Of a stretch of 64,000 nucleotides of DNA, positions 50,624 through 60,236 are shown piece by piece; position 1 is the stretch's first letter; the number at the start of each line of letters is the position of its first letter. Under the pieces are notes generated by a model. It was given only the letters and a program-made list of their open reading frames with translations, was not told the DNA's origin and made no database searches. A program made the position numbers and the translations under genes. Where the stretch lies: contig CAWIHU010000009.1 in the NCBI GenBank assembly GCA_963836095.1, forward strand, positions 31,218 through 95,217, given 5' to 3'. Source of the stretch: an uncultured Pseudomonadota bacterium (lineage in GTDB: Bacteria; Pseudomonadota; Alphaproteobacteria; Rhizobiales; Xanthobacteraceae).

Positions 50624-51802
50624 ATGCTAAAATACGCAGGCGTGGCAGTGGGGTTAGCGCTGGCGGCGTTCGGCGCTGGCGCGGCGAATGCCGAGGACAC
50701 CATCAAGATCGGCATCATCAATGCCTATTCCGGCCAATTTGCCGACACCGGCATCCAGCTCGACAACGGCATCAAGCTCTATGTCAAGCAGCACGGCGAT
50801 ACGGTCGCCGGCAAGAAGCTCGAATTCATCCGCAAGGACGTCGGCGGCGTCGCTCCGGATCTCGCCAAGCGGCTGGCGCAGGAACTGGTGGTGCGCGATC
50901 ACGCCGACATTATCGCCGGTTTCGCGCTGACGCCCAACGCGCTCGCGGCCGCCGATGTGTCCGCCGAGGCGAAGAAGTTCATGGTGGTCATGAACGCCGC
51001 GACCTCGATCATCACCACCAAATCTCCCTACATCGCCCGCACATCGACCACGACGCCGCAGCTCAATGAGACGCTCGGCACTTGGGCGGCGAAGCATGGC
51101 ATCAAGACGGTCTACACGATGGTGTCAGGCTATGGCCCCGGCATCGACGCCGAAACCGCTTTCCACACAGGCTTCAAGGAGGCCGGCGGCCAGATCGTCG
51201 GCTCGGTCCGGTTCCCCGTCGCCAACCCGGATTTCTCCGCGTTCGTCCAGCGTGCCTTGGATACCAAGCCGGATGCGATCTACATCTGGATTCCCGGTGG
51301 GGCCCAGCCGGCTGCGGTCGGCAAGGCGCTGGCCGAGCGCGGCGTCGATACGTCCAAGATCAAAGTGCTGGGCCAGGATTCGCTCACCTTCGAGAGCGCG
51401 CTCAAGAGCATGGGCGATGTTGGGCTCGGCATCATCACCGTCACCAGCTATGACTATAATATCAATTCGCCGCTCAATCATGAGTTCGTAAAAGCCTACA
51501 ACGACGAGTTCCACCGCAATCCGGACATCTATTCGATCGGCGGCTACGACGGCGCGCATCTCATTTATGCCGCTTTGGCGAAGACCGGCGGCAAGACCGA
51601 TGGTGACGCGCTGATTGCGGCTGCCAAGGGCATGAGCTGGCAGAGCCCACGCGGTCCGATCAGCATCGATCCGGAAACGCGCGACATCATCCAGAACGTT
51701 CACATCAACCGCGTCGAAAAAGTCGGCGACGGATTGCGTAATGTCGAGTTCGACACCGTCCCGAACGTCAAGGACCCGGTGAAGGAACGCATGAAGAAGT
51801 GA
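50624..51802 (+). CDS. ABC transporter substrate-binding protein (branched-chain amino-acid/HAAT family, LivJ-like)
   Basis: ATG at 50624. Signal peptide MLKYAGVAVGLALAAFGAGAANA, then EDTIKIGIINAYSGQFADTG. Confidence 0.9.
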   Translation: MLKYAGVAVGLALAAFGAGAANAEDTIKIGIINAYSGQFADTGIQLDNGIKLYVKQHGDTVAGKKLEFIRKDVGGVAPDLAKRLAQELVVRDHADIIAGFALTPNALAAADVSAEAKKFMVVMNAATSIITTKSPYIARTSTTTPQLNETLGTWAAKHGIKTVYTMVSGYGPGIDAETAFHTGFKEAGGQIVGSVRFPVANPDFSAFVQRALDTKPDAIYIWIPGGAQPAAVGKALAERGVDTSKIKVLGQDSLTFESALKSMGDVGLGIITVTSYDYNINSPLNHEFVKAYNDEFHRNPDIYSIGGYDGAHLIYAALAKTGGKTDGDALIAAAKGMSWQSPRGPISIDPETRDIIQNVHINRVEKVGDGLRNVEFDTVPNVKDPVKERMKK

Positions 51803-51832
51803 TGCGGCGTCGCGCATCTTAGGTCGCCTGCA

Positions 51833-52693
51833 ATGCCCCCAGTGTTCGGCGTGTTGTTCGACGGCTTCGCCTACGGCATGCTGCTGTTCCTGCTGTCGGT
51901 CGGCCTGTCGGTCACGCTCGGCATGATGAACTTCGTCAACCTGGCGCATTGCAGCTTCGCGATGCTGGGCGGTTACGCCACCGTGACGCTGACCAACGAT
52001 CTGGGCTGGCCGTTCTTCGCCACGCTGCCGGTCGCGTTCGTCGTCGCGGCGGCGGCGAGCGTGGTGCTGGAGCGCGTGTTCTTCCGGCGCTTCTATCGCG
52101 CCAGCGACCTCGAGCAATGCCTGCTGACGATCGGCATCGTGTTCGTCTCGATCGCGGGGGCGGCCTACATCTACGGCACCGATCAGCAGCCGGTGCAGGT
52201 GCCGGCCTATCTGCGCGGCTCGATCGCGTTCCTGGGGCTTCATTTCGCCGCTTATCGGCTGTTCCTGATCGCGATCGCCTTGGCGATCACGGTGGCGCTC
52301 GTCGTCGGCATCGAGACGACGCGCTTCGGGGCGCAGGTCCGCGCGGCGGTGAACAATCAGCGCATGGCGCGCGGGCTCGGCATCAACGTCGACGCCTTGT
52401 TCGCGGTCACGTTCGCGCTGGGCGGCGGGCTCGCCGGTCTCGGCGGTGCGCTCGCCATCGCCATGGTCGGCCTCGACCCGTCGTTCGCGTTCACCTACCT
52501 GATCTATGTGCTGATCGTGGTATCGGTCGGCGGCCTCGGCTCGATCGGCGGCTCGTTCGCGGCCGCGATGCTGCTCGGCGTCAGCGACATCGCCGGCAAA
52601 TACTACGTGCCGGCGACCGGCTCGATTCTCATCTATCTGGTGATGATCGTGCTGTTGATGTGGCGGCCGAGCGGATTGTTCGGGAGGCGCTGA
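51833..52693 (+). CDS. Branched-chain amino-acid ABC transporter permease (LivH-like)
   Basis: 286 aa polytopic protein. MPPVFGVLFDGFAYGMLLFLLSVGLSVTLGMMNFVNLAH. Confidence 0.9.
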   Translation: MPPVFGVLFDGFAYGMLLFLLSVGLSVTLGMMNFVNLAHCSFAMLGGYATVTLTNDLGWPFFATLPVAFVVAAAASVVLERVFFRRFYRASDLEQCLLTIGIVFVSIAGAAYIYGTDQQPVQVPAYLRGSIAFLGLHFAAYRLFLIAIALAITVALVVGIETTRFGAQVRAAVNNQRMARGLGINVDALFAVTFALGGGLAGLGGALAIAMVGLDPSFAFTYLIYVLIVVSVGGLGSIGGSFAAAMLLGVSDIAGKYYVPATGSILIYLVMIVLLMWRPSGLFGRR

Positions 52694-52696
52694 AGC

Positions 52697-53686
52697 GTGA
52701 CGGCCGCCACGGTCACAAGCCCGCGTGATTATCTGCATGCGCAGCTGCGCTGGCGCTGGAGCGAGATCGCGTTCTGGCTGGCGACGCTGCTGCCGTTCGT
52801 GCTGACGCCGTCCTATCTCGTTTTGGCGAGCCAGATCGCGATCGCCGCGCTGTTCGCGCTCTCGCTCGACCTCATCCTCGGCTTTTGCGGCATCGTCTCC
52901 CTCGGCCACGCCGCCTATTTCGGCATCGGCGCCTATACCGCGGGATTGCTTTCCGCGCACGGCTGGGGCGAGCCGATCTCCGGTTTTTTGATCGCCGCGG
53001 TGGCGGCGGGGGTGTTCGGTTATGCGACCAGCTTCATCATCGCCCGTTTCCGGCATCTCGCGCTCATCATGATCACGCTCGGCATCGGCTTGTTGCTGCA
53101 GGAGGCGGCCAACAGCGCGAGCTGGCTCACTGGCGGCTCGGATGGGCTCCAGGGCATCCACACCTGGCCGATTCTCGGCGTGTTTCACTTGGATCTCTAC
53201 GGCTACACCGCCTACTCTTACTCGCTCATCCTCTTGTTTTTGGTCTTCCTGGTCGCGCGGCGGCTCATTCATTCGCCGTTCGGGCTCGCTTTGCGCGGCA
53301 TTCGTGAGAACACCACCCGCATGTCGGCGATCGGCGCATCGACGCATGCGCATATCCGCCTGATCTACACGCTTGCCGCCGTCGTCGCCGGGCTCGCCGG
53401 CGCCGTCCTGGCGCAGACGACCGAGACCGTCTCGCTCGAGGCGCTGGGCTTCCAGCGCTCGGCCGACGTTCTCGTCATGCTCATCCTCGGCGGCACCGGC
53501 CGGCTCTATGGCGGCTTGATCGGCGCCGCCGTCTACATGGTCGCGCGTGACCAGTTCTCCGGGCTCAATCCGCAGTTCTGGTATTTCTGGATCGGCCTTC
53601 TGCTCATCGCCGTGGTGATGCTGGTGCCGAACGGCATTCTCGGCGGCCTGTCGTTGCTGGCGCGGCGCGCCAAGGCGGCGACGTGA
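52697..53686 (+). CDS. Branched-chain amino-acid ABC transporter permease (LivM-like)
   Basis: GTG at 52697. 329 aa polytopic protein with LDLILGFCGIVSLGHAAYFGIGAY. Confidence 0.9.
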   Translation: MTAATVTSPRDYLHAQLRWRWSEIAFWLATLLPFVLTPSYLVLASQIAIAALFALSLDLILGFCGIVSLGHAAYFGIGAYTAGLLSAHGWGEPISGFLIAAVAAGVFGYATSFIIARFRHLALIMITLGIGLLLQEAANSASWLTGGSDGLQGIHTWPILGVFHLDLYGYTAYSYSLILLFLVFLVARRLIHSPFGLALRGIRENTTRMSAIGASTHAHIRLIYTLAAVVAGLAGAVLAQTTETVSLEALGFQRSADVLVMLILGGTGRLYGGLIGAAVYMVARDQFSGLNPQFWYFWIGLLLIAVVMLVPNGILGGLSLLARRAKAAT

Positions 53687-54489
53687 GCACGGACGGCAAC
53701 GCCGGCGGCGACAGCCAAAGCGCGCTGTCAGCGCGCGGACTCTTCAAGAGCTTCGGCTCGCTGGTCGTCGCTTCCGACATCGCGATTCGCCTTCCCGAAG
53801 GCGCGCGCTACGCGCTGATCGGGCCGAACGGCGCCGGCAAGACGACGCTGATCAATCTCCTGACCGGCATGCTGCGCCCGGACGCCGGCCAGATCTTCCT
53901 GGCCGGCCACGACGTCACCGGCCTCGCCCCGCAAGAACGGGTGCGGCGGGGCCTCGTGCGCACCTTTCAGATCAATTCGCTGTTTCCACATCTCACCGCG
54001 CTCGAATCGGTGACGCTCGCGGTGTGCGAACGCCGGGGCGTCGCGCCGATCTGGTGGCGGCAGCTCACCGCTTACACCCAGGAAATCGACGAGGCCTACG
54101 GGATTCTCGCGTCGCTGATGTTGACGGCGGTCGCCCATCGGCCGACGCGCGAACTCGCCTACGGCCAGCAGCGCCTGCTCGAGATCGCGCTCGCCTTGGC
54201 GACGCGGCCGAAGGTGTTGTTGCTCGACGAGCCGGCGGCCGGGGTGCCGAGCGAAGAGAGCACGGAATTGTTCGCCGCCATCGCCGGCCTGCCGCGCGAC
54301 ATCACCGTGCTGTTCATCGAGCACGACATGGATCTGGTGTTTCGCTTCGCCAGCCGCGTGATCGTGATGGTCGGCGGCAGCGTGCTGGTGGAAGGCACGC
54401 CGCACGAGATCGCGACCGATGCGCGCGTGCGCGCGGTCTATCTCGGCAAGGCCGGCGGCAAAGTGCTCGCTGAGGGCCGCCATGGCTGA
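53683..54489 (+). CDS. ABC transporter ATP-binding protein (LivG-like)
   Basis: GTG at 53683 overlaps the preceding stop. Walker A GPNGAGKTT, signature YGQQRLLEI and Walker B LLLDEPAAG. Confidence 0.9.
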   Translation: MSTDGNAGGDSQSALSARGLFKSFGSLVVASDIAIRLPEGARYALIGPNGAGKTTLINLLTGMLRPDAGQIFLAGHDVTGLAPQERVRRGLVRTFQINSLFPHLTALESVTLAVCERRGVAPIWWRQLTAYTQEIDEAYGILASLMLTAVAHRPTRELAYGQQRLLEIALALATRPKVLLLDEPAAGVPSEESTELFAAIAGLPRDITVLFIEHDMDLVFRFASRVIVMVGGSVLVEGTPHEIATDARVRAVYLGKAGGKVLAEGRHG

Positions 54490-55198
54490 GCCGCTGATCG
54501 CGCTCGACGACATCCGGGCCGGCTACGGCTCCGCGGTCGTGCTCGACGGCGTCGCCTTCGAGCTGCCGGAGCGCGGCAGCCTCGCCGTGCTCGGCCGCAA
54601 CGGCGTCGGCAAATCGACGCTTCTTCTCACCATCATGGGCTACACCCAGGTCCGCCGCGGCCGCATTCGTTGGCGCGGCGTCGACGTGACGCGCTCCGCC
54701 CCGCATCGCCGCGCCCGCGCCGGCATCGGTTGGGTGGCGCAGGAACGCGAGATTTTCTCGACGCTGACGGTGGAAGAAAATCTCACCGTCGCGGCCCGCG
54801 ACGGGCGCTGGAACCTGGCCGCGGTCTACGATCTGTTTCCGCGCCTTGCCGAGCGCCGCCGCAACATGGGCAACCAATTGTCCGGCGGCGAGCAGCAGAT
54901 GCTGGCGATCGCGCGCGCGCTCATGACCAATCCGGCGCTGCTTTTGCTCGACGAGCCGCTCGAGGGGCTCGCGCCGATCGTGGTCGAGGAATTGACCGCC
55001 GCGATCCGGCGCATGACCGGCGAAGGCGCCAATGCCTTCATTCTGGTCGAGCAGCACGCCGACATCGCGCTCGCTTTGACGCAGTCCGCGCTGGTGCTCG
55101 AGCGCGGCCGCGTCGTGCATTCCGGCCGCTCCGCCGATCTCCTGGCCGACCACGCCGCGCTCGACCGCCTGATCGGGCTGCGGCTCGCGGAAGCGTGA
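54482..55198 (+). CDS. ABC transporter ATP-binding protein (LivF-like)
   Basis: ATG at 54482 overlaps the livG-like stop. Walker A GRNGVGKST, signature LSGGEQQMLAI and Walker B LLLDEPLEG. Confidence 0.9.
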   Translation: MAEPLIALDDIRAGYGSAVVLDGVAFELPERGSLAVLGRNGVGKSTLLLTIMGYTQVRRGRIRWRGVDVTRSAPHRRARAGIGWVAQEREIFSTLTVEENLTVAARDGRWNLAAVYDLFPRLAERRRNMGNQLSGGEQQMLAIARALMTNPALLLLDEPLEGLAPIVVEELTAAIRRMTGEGANAFILVEQHADIALALTQSALVLERGRVVHSGRSADLLADHAALDRLIGLRLAEA

Positions 55199-55349
55199 GA
55201 ACTACGTAACAGCCCTTAGGTTTCCGGTTGATTTGCGTCAATTTCGGCGCGGTTACCGCGTGATTTTATGCTTTGGAAACGCCGAGACACGTTTCGATTG
55301 CGGCGATGTGGATTCAAAAACAGACGCAGGTGACGGACGGAGAAGAGCT

Positions 55350-55499
55350 ATGACGATCATGGTGACCGAGCTGGTGCTTTCCTTTTTGTTGTTTCTCGCC
55401 ATTCTCGCGCAGATGCTGCCGCGTCCGGCAACGTTGAAGCAGCAGCCGGTTGTCGCGCGACGCGCCGTCAGGACCGGACACCGCCGCCCGTTTTGCTGA
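55350..55499 (+). CDS. Possible small (49 aa) hydrophobic protein; weak call
   Basis: ATG at 55350 follows GGAGAAGAG. It encodes MTIMVTELVLSFLLFLAILAQMLPRPATLKQQPVVARRAVRTGHRRPFC. It lies in a lower-GC intergenic stretch, and I recognise no homology. Confidence 0.25.
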   Translation: MTIMVTELVLSFLLFLAILAQMLPRPATLKQQPVVARRAVRTGHRRPFC

Positions 55500-55532
55500 A
55501 AGCCGGACCATTGTTTGTTTTGGCCGAATCCC

Positions 55533-56588
55533 TCAGGTAGGCAAGAGGGTTGGGAGTTTGACGGCGTGCGCTCGAGCGATCGTCGCAAGTTCCGCCCATA
55601 GCTTCGGCGGAATTGGAATACCATGTTCGCGGCGCCGCGCTTCGGTGCGTCCGGAGCGTTCCCCGGGCAATAAAATCTCGTCGAATCCGGCTTGGCGCGG
55701 CAGTGATTTCAGGATCGCCGCCAGTGCATCGGCGTCGTGGGAAAAATCCTCGAGCGGCCGGAAGGTCGCGACATCGATCGCGAGGATCGCGCAGTTCTGG
55801 ATGCGGCGCGTGTCTTTTTGTGGACCGAGCGCGGGGGCCTGGATCGGGGCGGCGCCAAGCACGCTTGCGAGCATTTCGAACATCAGGCCGAGCCCGGAGC
55901 CTTTCGCGCCGCCGAGCGGCAGCAGGATCTCCGCCTGGCGCGGATCAGTGGTCGGCTCGCCGGCCGCCGTCAGCGCGGCGCCCGGCGGCAAGGGTTCGCC
56001 GGTCGCGCGGGCTTGGATGATCGTGCCGTTGGAAATCGTCGAGGTCGCCATGTCGAGCACGATGGCCCCGCGGTCGCTCGGCACCGCGATGGCGATCGGG
56101 CTGGTGCCGAGGCTCGCGACCCGCGCGCCGTGATAGGCGACGAACGCCGGCCCGGCGACCATGATGAGCGCCGCGCAGCCGCGCTCCGCCATCCATTGGG
56201 CGTAGCGCCCGACCGCGCCGGTGTGCGTCGTTTCGCGCACCAGGCCGAAGCAGGCGCCGGCGATGCGGGCGCGCTCGGTCGCGAGCGCGGTCGCCTGCAT
56301 CATCGCCGCCGGGCCGAAACCACGGCCGCCGTCGATAACGAAGGTCGCGGCGCGATCGTGGGTGAGACGCGGCCGCGCCGTCGGGTCGATCTCGCCGCGT
56401 TCGATCATTTTGACGTAAAGCGGCAGCCGCGACACGCCGTGCCCGTCGACGCCGCGCAGATTGGCCCAAACAAGACCGTCGGCGACGCCGGCGGCGTCGG
56501 CCGCGCTCGCGCCCTTGGCGATCAGCACGTCGGCGATGAAGTGCGCCAACTCGCCGTGAGCGATGATGATCTTCTCCCGGTCACGCAC
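55533..56588 (-). CDS. Ldh_2-family (malate/L-lactate/sulfolactate dehydrogenase type 2) oxidoreductase
   Basis: GTG at 56588, 9 nt after the upstream stop; the ORF stays open to 56645. GLVWANLRGVDGHGVSRLPLYV, ETTHTGAVGRYA and LLPLGGAKGSGLGLMFE motifs. Confidence 0.85.
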   Translation of the reverse strand: MRDREKIIIAHGELAHFIADVLIAKGASAADAAGVADGLVWANLRGVDGHGVSRLPLYVKMIERGEIDPTARPRLTHDRAATFVIDGGRGFGPAAMMQATALATERARIAGACFGLVRETTHTGAVGRYAQWMAERGCAALIMVAGPAFVAYHGARVASLGTSPIAIAVPSDRGAIVLDMATSTISNGTIIQARATGEPLPPGAALTAAGEPTTDPRQAEILLPLGGAKGSGLGLMFEMLASVLGAAPIQAPALGPQKDTRRIQNCAILAIDVATFRPLEDFSHDADALAAILKSLPRQAGFDEILLPGERSGRTEARRREHGIPIPPKLWAELATIARAHAVKLPTLLPT

Positions 56589-56596
56589 TTTCTCTC

Positions 56597-57493
56597 TTAG
56601 CTGGCCGGGAAATAAGCATCGAGCCAGTGGCGCAGCACGCCCCACACCCGCGCGGAGTTTTCGCTGAACAGAAAATGATCGACGCCGCTGAACAGATGCA
56701 GCTCGGTCGGCTGGCCGGCGTGTCTGAACAACTCGATCGACTGCTCGGTCGGCGTCACTGAATCGTTGGCGGCGTGGATGAGCAGAAGCGGGCGCGGCGC
56801 GATCTTGCCGACCACTTCCTCGGCACGAAAATCGAACATGCTTTGCGCGGTCTCGGCCGGAAACATTTCGACGGCGTCGGCCGGCAGCATGGTCACGTTC
56901 TGCTGGTCGAGCTTGTCGCGCACATGGGCGGGGATCGGCACGATGGCGTCACGGTGGACCATGAGCGATTGCCCGGTGCGGGCGCGATGGGCGCGGCCGT
57001 CCGCCAGCATCTTGGTGAACTTCGCCCAGGCCTCCGGCGTCGGATGCTGGCCGCGGAATTTGCGCTCGCCATGGCCCCAGCCGCCGTTCGAGATCGCGGC
57101 GGCGATGCGCGGGTTGACGCCGGCGGCATAGACGGCGACGGCGCCGCCGAAGCTGGAACCGATCACGCCGATGCGGTCGGGATCGACGGCAGGATGCTTG
57201 GCCAGAAAATCGAGCGCGTTGCCGAGATCCTCGACCTGTTCGAGACAGATGACGCGGCCGAACTCGCCTTCGCTGTTGCCGCAGCCGCGCATGTCGAAGC
57301 GCAGCGTGACGTAGCCGTAGTCGCTCAAGATCCGCGTCGGCGCCGTCACGCTGCCGGATTCGCAGTTGGTGCCGAAGCCGTGCAGCACCAGGAACGCGGC
57401 GCGGCGCTCGCCCGGCGGCAGTCCCGCCGGCACGCCGAGCATGCCATGGAGCCGCAAGCCCGCGGAGGGGATAGTGACCTTTTGTTCGTTCAT
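56597..57493 (-). CDS. Alpha/beta hydrolase
   Basis: 298 aa. FLVLHGFG, the nucleophile elbow GVIGSSFGGAVA, and a C-terminal GVDHFLF histidine motif. Confidence 0.85.
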   Translation of the reverse strand: MNEQKVTIPSAGLRLHGMLGVPAGLPPGERRAAFLVLHGFGTNCESGSVTAPTRILSDYGYVTLRFDMRGCGNSEGEFGRVICLEQVEDLGNALDFLAKHPAVDPDRIGVIGSSFGGAVAVYAAGVNPRIAAAISNGGWGHGERKFRGQHPTPEAWAKFTKMLADGRAHRARTGQSLMVHRDAIVPIPAHVRDKLDQQNVTMLPADAVEMFPAETAQSMFDFRAEEVVGKIAPRPLLLIHAANDSVTPTEQSIELFRHAGQPTELHLFSGVDHFLFSENSARVWGVLRHWLDAYFPAS

Positions 57494-57572
57494 GCTGGAG
57501 CCCGGTTCGGTCGTGATGCGACTGCGGCACGATACAGCGCGGCAATGATGCCGTCACGCGCAACGCTCGCGC

Positions 57573-59163
57573 TCACGCGGTCGGTGACGGGCTCGCCATC
57601 GTCTCCGGCTGGGTCGGCCAGCGTTCGTGCGTGAGCGGCACGACCAGCCGAACCGACAGGCCGTCGTTGCGGTAGGTCGGGTGCACTTCGCCGTTCATCT
57701 GCCGTTCGATGACGAGGCCGATCAGCCGCGCCCCGAAGCCGGTGCGCCGCGGCCGCCGCGTCGGCGGGCCGTTGCGTTCCACCCAGTCGAGCGTCAGCGT
57801 GAGCCCGCGCCGCGCGCGCTCGACCGACCAGCTCAGCTCGAGGCGGCCCTGCGGCCGCGACAGGCTGCCGTGCTTGCTGGCATTGGCGGTCAGTTCGTGC
57901 AGCGCAGCGCTCAGACTGAAGGTCGGATCGGGGTCGAGATCGACATTGGGACCGTCGAACGTTACGCGGTCGAGATAGGGCCCGAGCAGGACCCGCAGCA
58001 ATTCGGCGAGCGTCGTCGATTTCCAGCCGGCTTCCGTGATCAGCCGGTGCGCGTTCGCCAGAGCGAGCACGCGGGCCTGATACTTGGTCGTCAGCTCGGC
58101 CATGGTTTTCGAATTCTTCGCGGTTTGCGAGAACAAGGCCAAGAAGCTGAGAGAACAGATTGCCGGAGCGGTGGCGCAGTTCGCGGATCATCAATTCATG
58201 GCGGTCTTCGAGCTGCCGGCGCTGGATGGCGCCGGCGACCAGATTGCCGACCGCGGCGAGGAACCGCGTGTCCTGCGCGCCGAACTCGCGCTTTTTGTTG
58301 GTGCAGACGCCGAGGATGCCGTAGGCGCGGCCGTCGCGGCCGGCGATCGTGGTGCCGACGCCGCTGACGCAGCGATGATCGGTCAGATATTGCGGGATCG
58401 TGAACCGCGTCTCGGCGGCGAAATCCGCTACGACGACGGGGATGGCCGAATTGAGCGTGTAGCGCGCATAGAGGCTGTCGTGGCGCGAGGTGACGATGGT
58501 ACCGATGAAACCCGACTTCCAGCCGAAACCGGCGCGCAGCAGGAGGTCGGTATCGCCGGGCAACAGTTCGAGCACCTCGACGAAATCGACCGGCAGCGTC
58601 GTCGCGACCGTATTGACAACGTCGCCCAGCAGCGCGTCGAGATCGCCTTCCACCAAGGCACGCTCGCCGAGCTGGGCGAGCGCCTCCTGCTGTCTGACGC
58701 GGTTGCGCAATTCCGCCTCGAGATTGACCCGTTCAGTCACGTCCTGGCAGATTCCTACCATGCGCACGGGCGCGCCGTTCTCGATCTGCACGGTTCCCAG
58801 CGCCTCGATCCAGCGCTCCTCGCCACCTTGCCGCGGCGGGATGCGGTAACGCACCCAGTAAGGTCGCCCGGTGCGCAGCGTCTCGTCGATGGAACTGGCG
58901 ACCTGGTCGCGGTCCTGTTCGTCGATCTCGCGCGTGAAGAACGCGTGGGTGCCGTCGAAGCTGCCGGGAGAGAGGCCATGAATGGCCTCGAGATTGCTCG
59001 ACCAGGTCACCGCGTCGGACGCGATGTCCCATGACCAAACACCGACCCGGCCGGCTTCGAGCGCCGTGCGCACAGTCGCGGTGTCGGGAAAGAACTCATT
59101 TGCTCCGCTAGTGGCCGCCCGTTCCGGTTCGGGCGTGGTGTGCTTGGCATCAGGCTCGTGCAT
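57573..59163 (-). pseudogene. PAS-GAF HWE-family sensor histidine kinase, split by one +1 frameshift as sequenced
   Basis: ATG at 59163 (alternatives up to 59259). PAS domain (GVWSWDIASDAVTWSSNLEAIHG) and GAF domain, then the H-box ELRHRSGNLFSQLL in ORF 57490..59259. The continuation ALFSQTAKNS...RVLALANAHRLI...ELTANASKHGSL...GFGARLI is in ORF 57573..58142. The extra base is at about 58137-58140. Confidence 0.8.
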
Positions 59164-59280
59164 GACCTTACAATTCGGCCTCGCCGGCATCCGGGTCAAG
59201 GCCGTGGATTTCGACAAACTCGAGAAAAGTGCCGCCGACATCGGGCTTGACACGAGCATTTCGCAGCGTGCGGTGCCGCG

Positions 59281-60068
59281 TCAGTAGAGGCCGAACAAGG
59301 TCGGCGTGCCGGTCATACTCTCGCGCGGCGCTGCACGCTCGGCCGAAACCGGCGTCACGAAGATCCGCGCCGTCATCACGCCGCTGCGGCCCGTGTTGAT
59401 GGCGACGCCGTGCGCGTCGTCGCGCCGAGTTCTGGTCGCTCCAAGCCTGATCACGTAAGGCCTGGCGTTGATCGTTCGGCAGCACGATCACCTTGGTGCC
59501 GATGCCGACGCGTCCGTAGAGATCGATCACGTCGGCATCGCGCAAGCGGATGCAGCCCGAGGAGACGTGCTTGCCGATCGAATTCGGATTGTTGGTGCCG
59601 TGGATGCGGTAGGCGGTGTTGCCGAGATAGAGCGCCCGCGCGCCGAGCGGATTGCCGGGGCCGCCGCCGACCCAACGCGGCAAATAGGGCTGGCGCGCGA
59701 TCATTTCCGCCGGCGGAATCCAGTCGGGCCACTCGGTCTTGCGGGAGATCTTCTCGACGCCGGTCCAGGTGAAGCCTTCGCGCCCGACGCCGATGCCGTA
59801 ACGCAGCGCCTCGCCGCCGCCGAGCGTGAGATAAAGGAACGTATGCGCGGTATCGATGATGATCGTGCCGGCCGGCTCGTTGCCGGGATAGGAAACGATC
59901 TGGCGGCGCAATGGCGCGGGAAGCTCGTCCGCGCTCGCCTCCGCGCCTTGGATCGCGTCGCGCGGCTGTTGCGATTGGGCGAAAGCCGGAGCGCTGACGG
60001 ACGGTGACGAGCATTACGCCAAAGACCGCAATGCAGGCACGCGCTGACAGCTTGTTGTTTGCTGACAT
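59281..60068 (-). pseudogene. L,D-transpeptidase (YkuD domain), apparently carrying two +1 frameshifts as sequenced; 3' end uncertain
   Basis: ATG at 60068 with signal peptide MSANNKLSARACIAVFGVMLVTV. The next frame gives VSAPAFAQSQQPRDAIQGAE...RRQIVSYPGNEPAGTIIIDT...HGTNNPNSIGKHVSSGCIRLRDADVIDLY...KVIVLPNDQ (shift at about 59998-60006). After about 59465 only the third frame keeps GC-rich third positions (...GVAINTGRSGVMTARIFVTPVSAERAAPRESMTGTPTLFGLY*, stop 59281-59283). The listed ORF runs on as Arg-rich text to 59168. Confidence 0.65.
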
Positions 60069-60236
60069 TTGTGACGCCCCGCTGATGAATGCCGTCCGTC
60101 AATCGCGGAGCGGCGCAAAAGGTTCCCGAAAGGTTCCGACGTCGTGCCGGATCGGCCGCGACGCGGACATGACTGAAATCACGAATCTGATGCGTTCACG
60201 TGGAACAAAACGTTCCAATTTAGATCGAATTCGAGA

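Noticed and set aside
51125-53353. 742-aa ORF on the minus strand
   Set aside because: It lies antisense to the ABC substrate-binding and permease genes. It is extremely Arg/Asp/Glu/His-rich nonsense. The sense-strand genes have clear transporter motifs.
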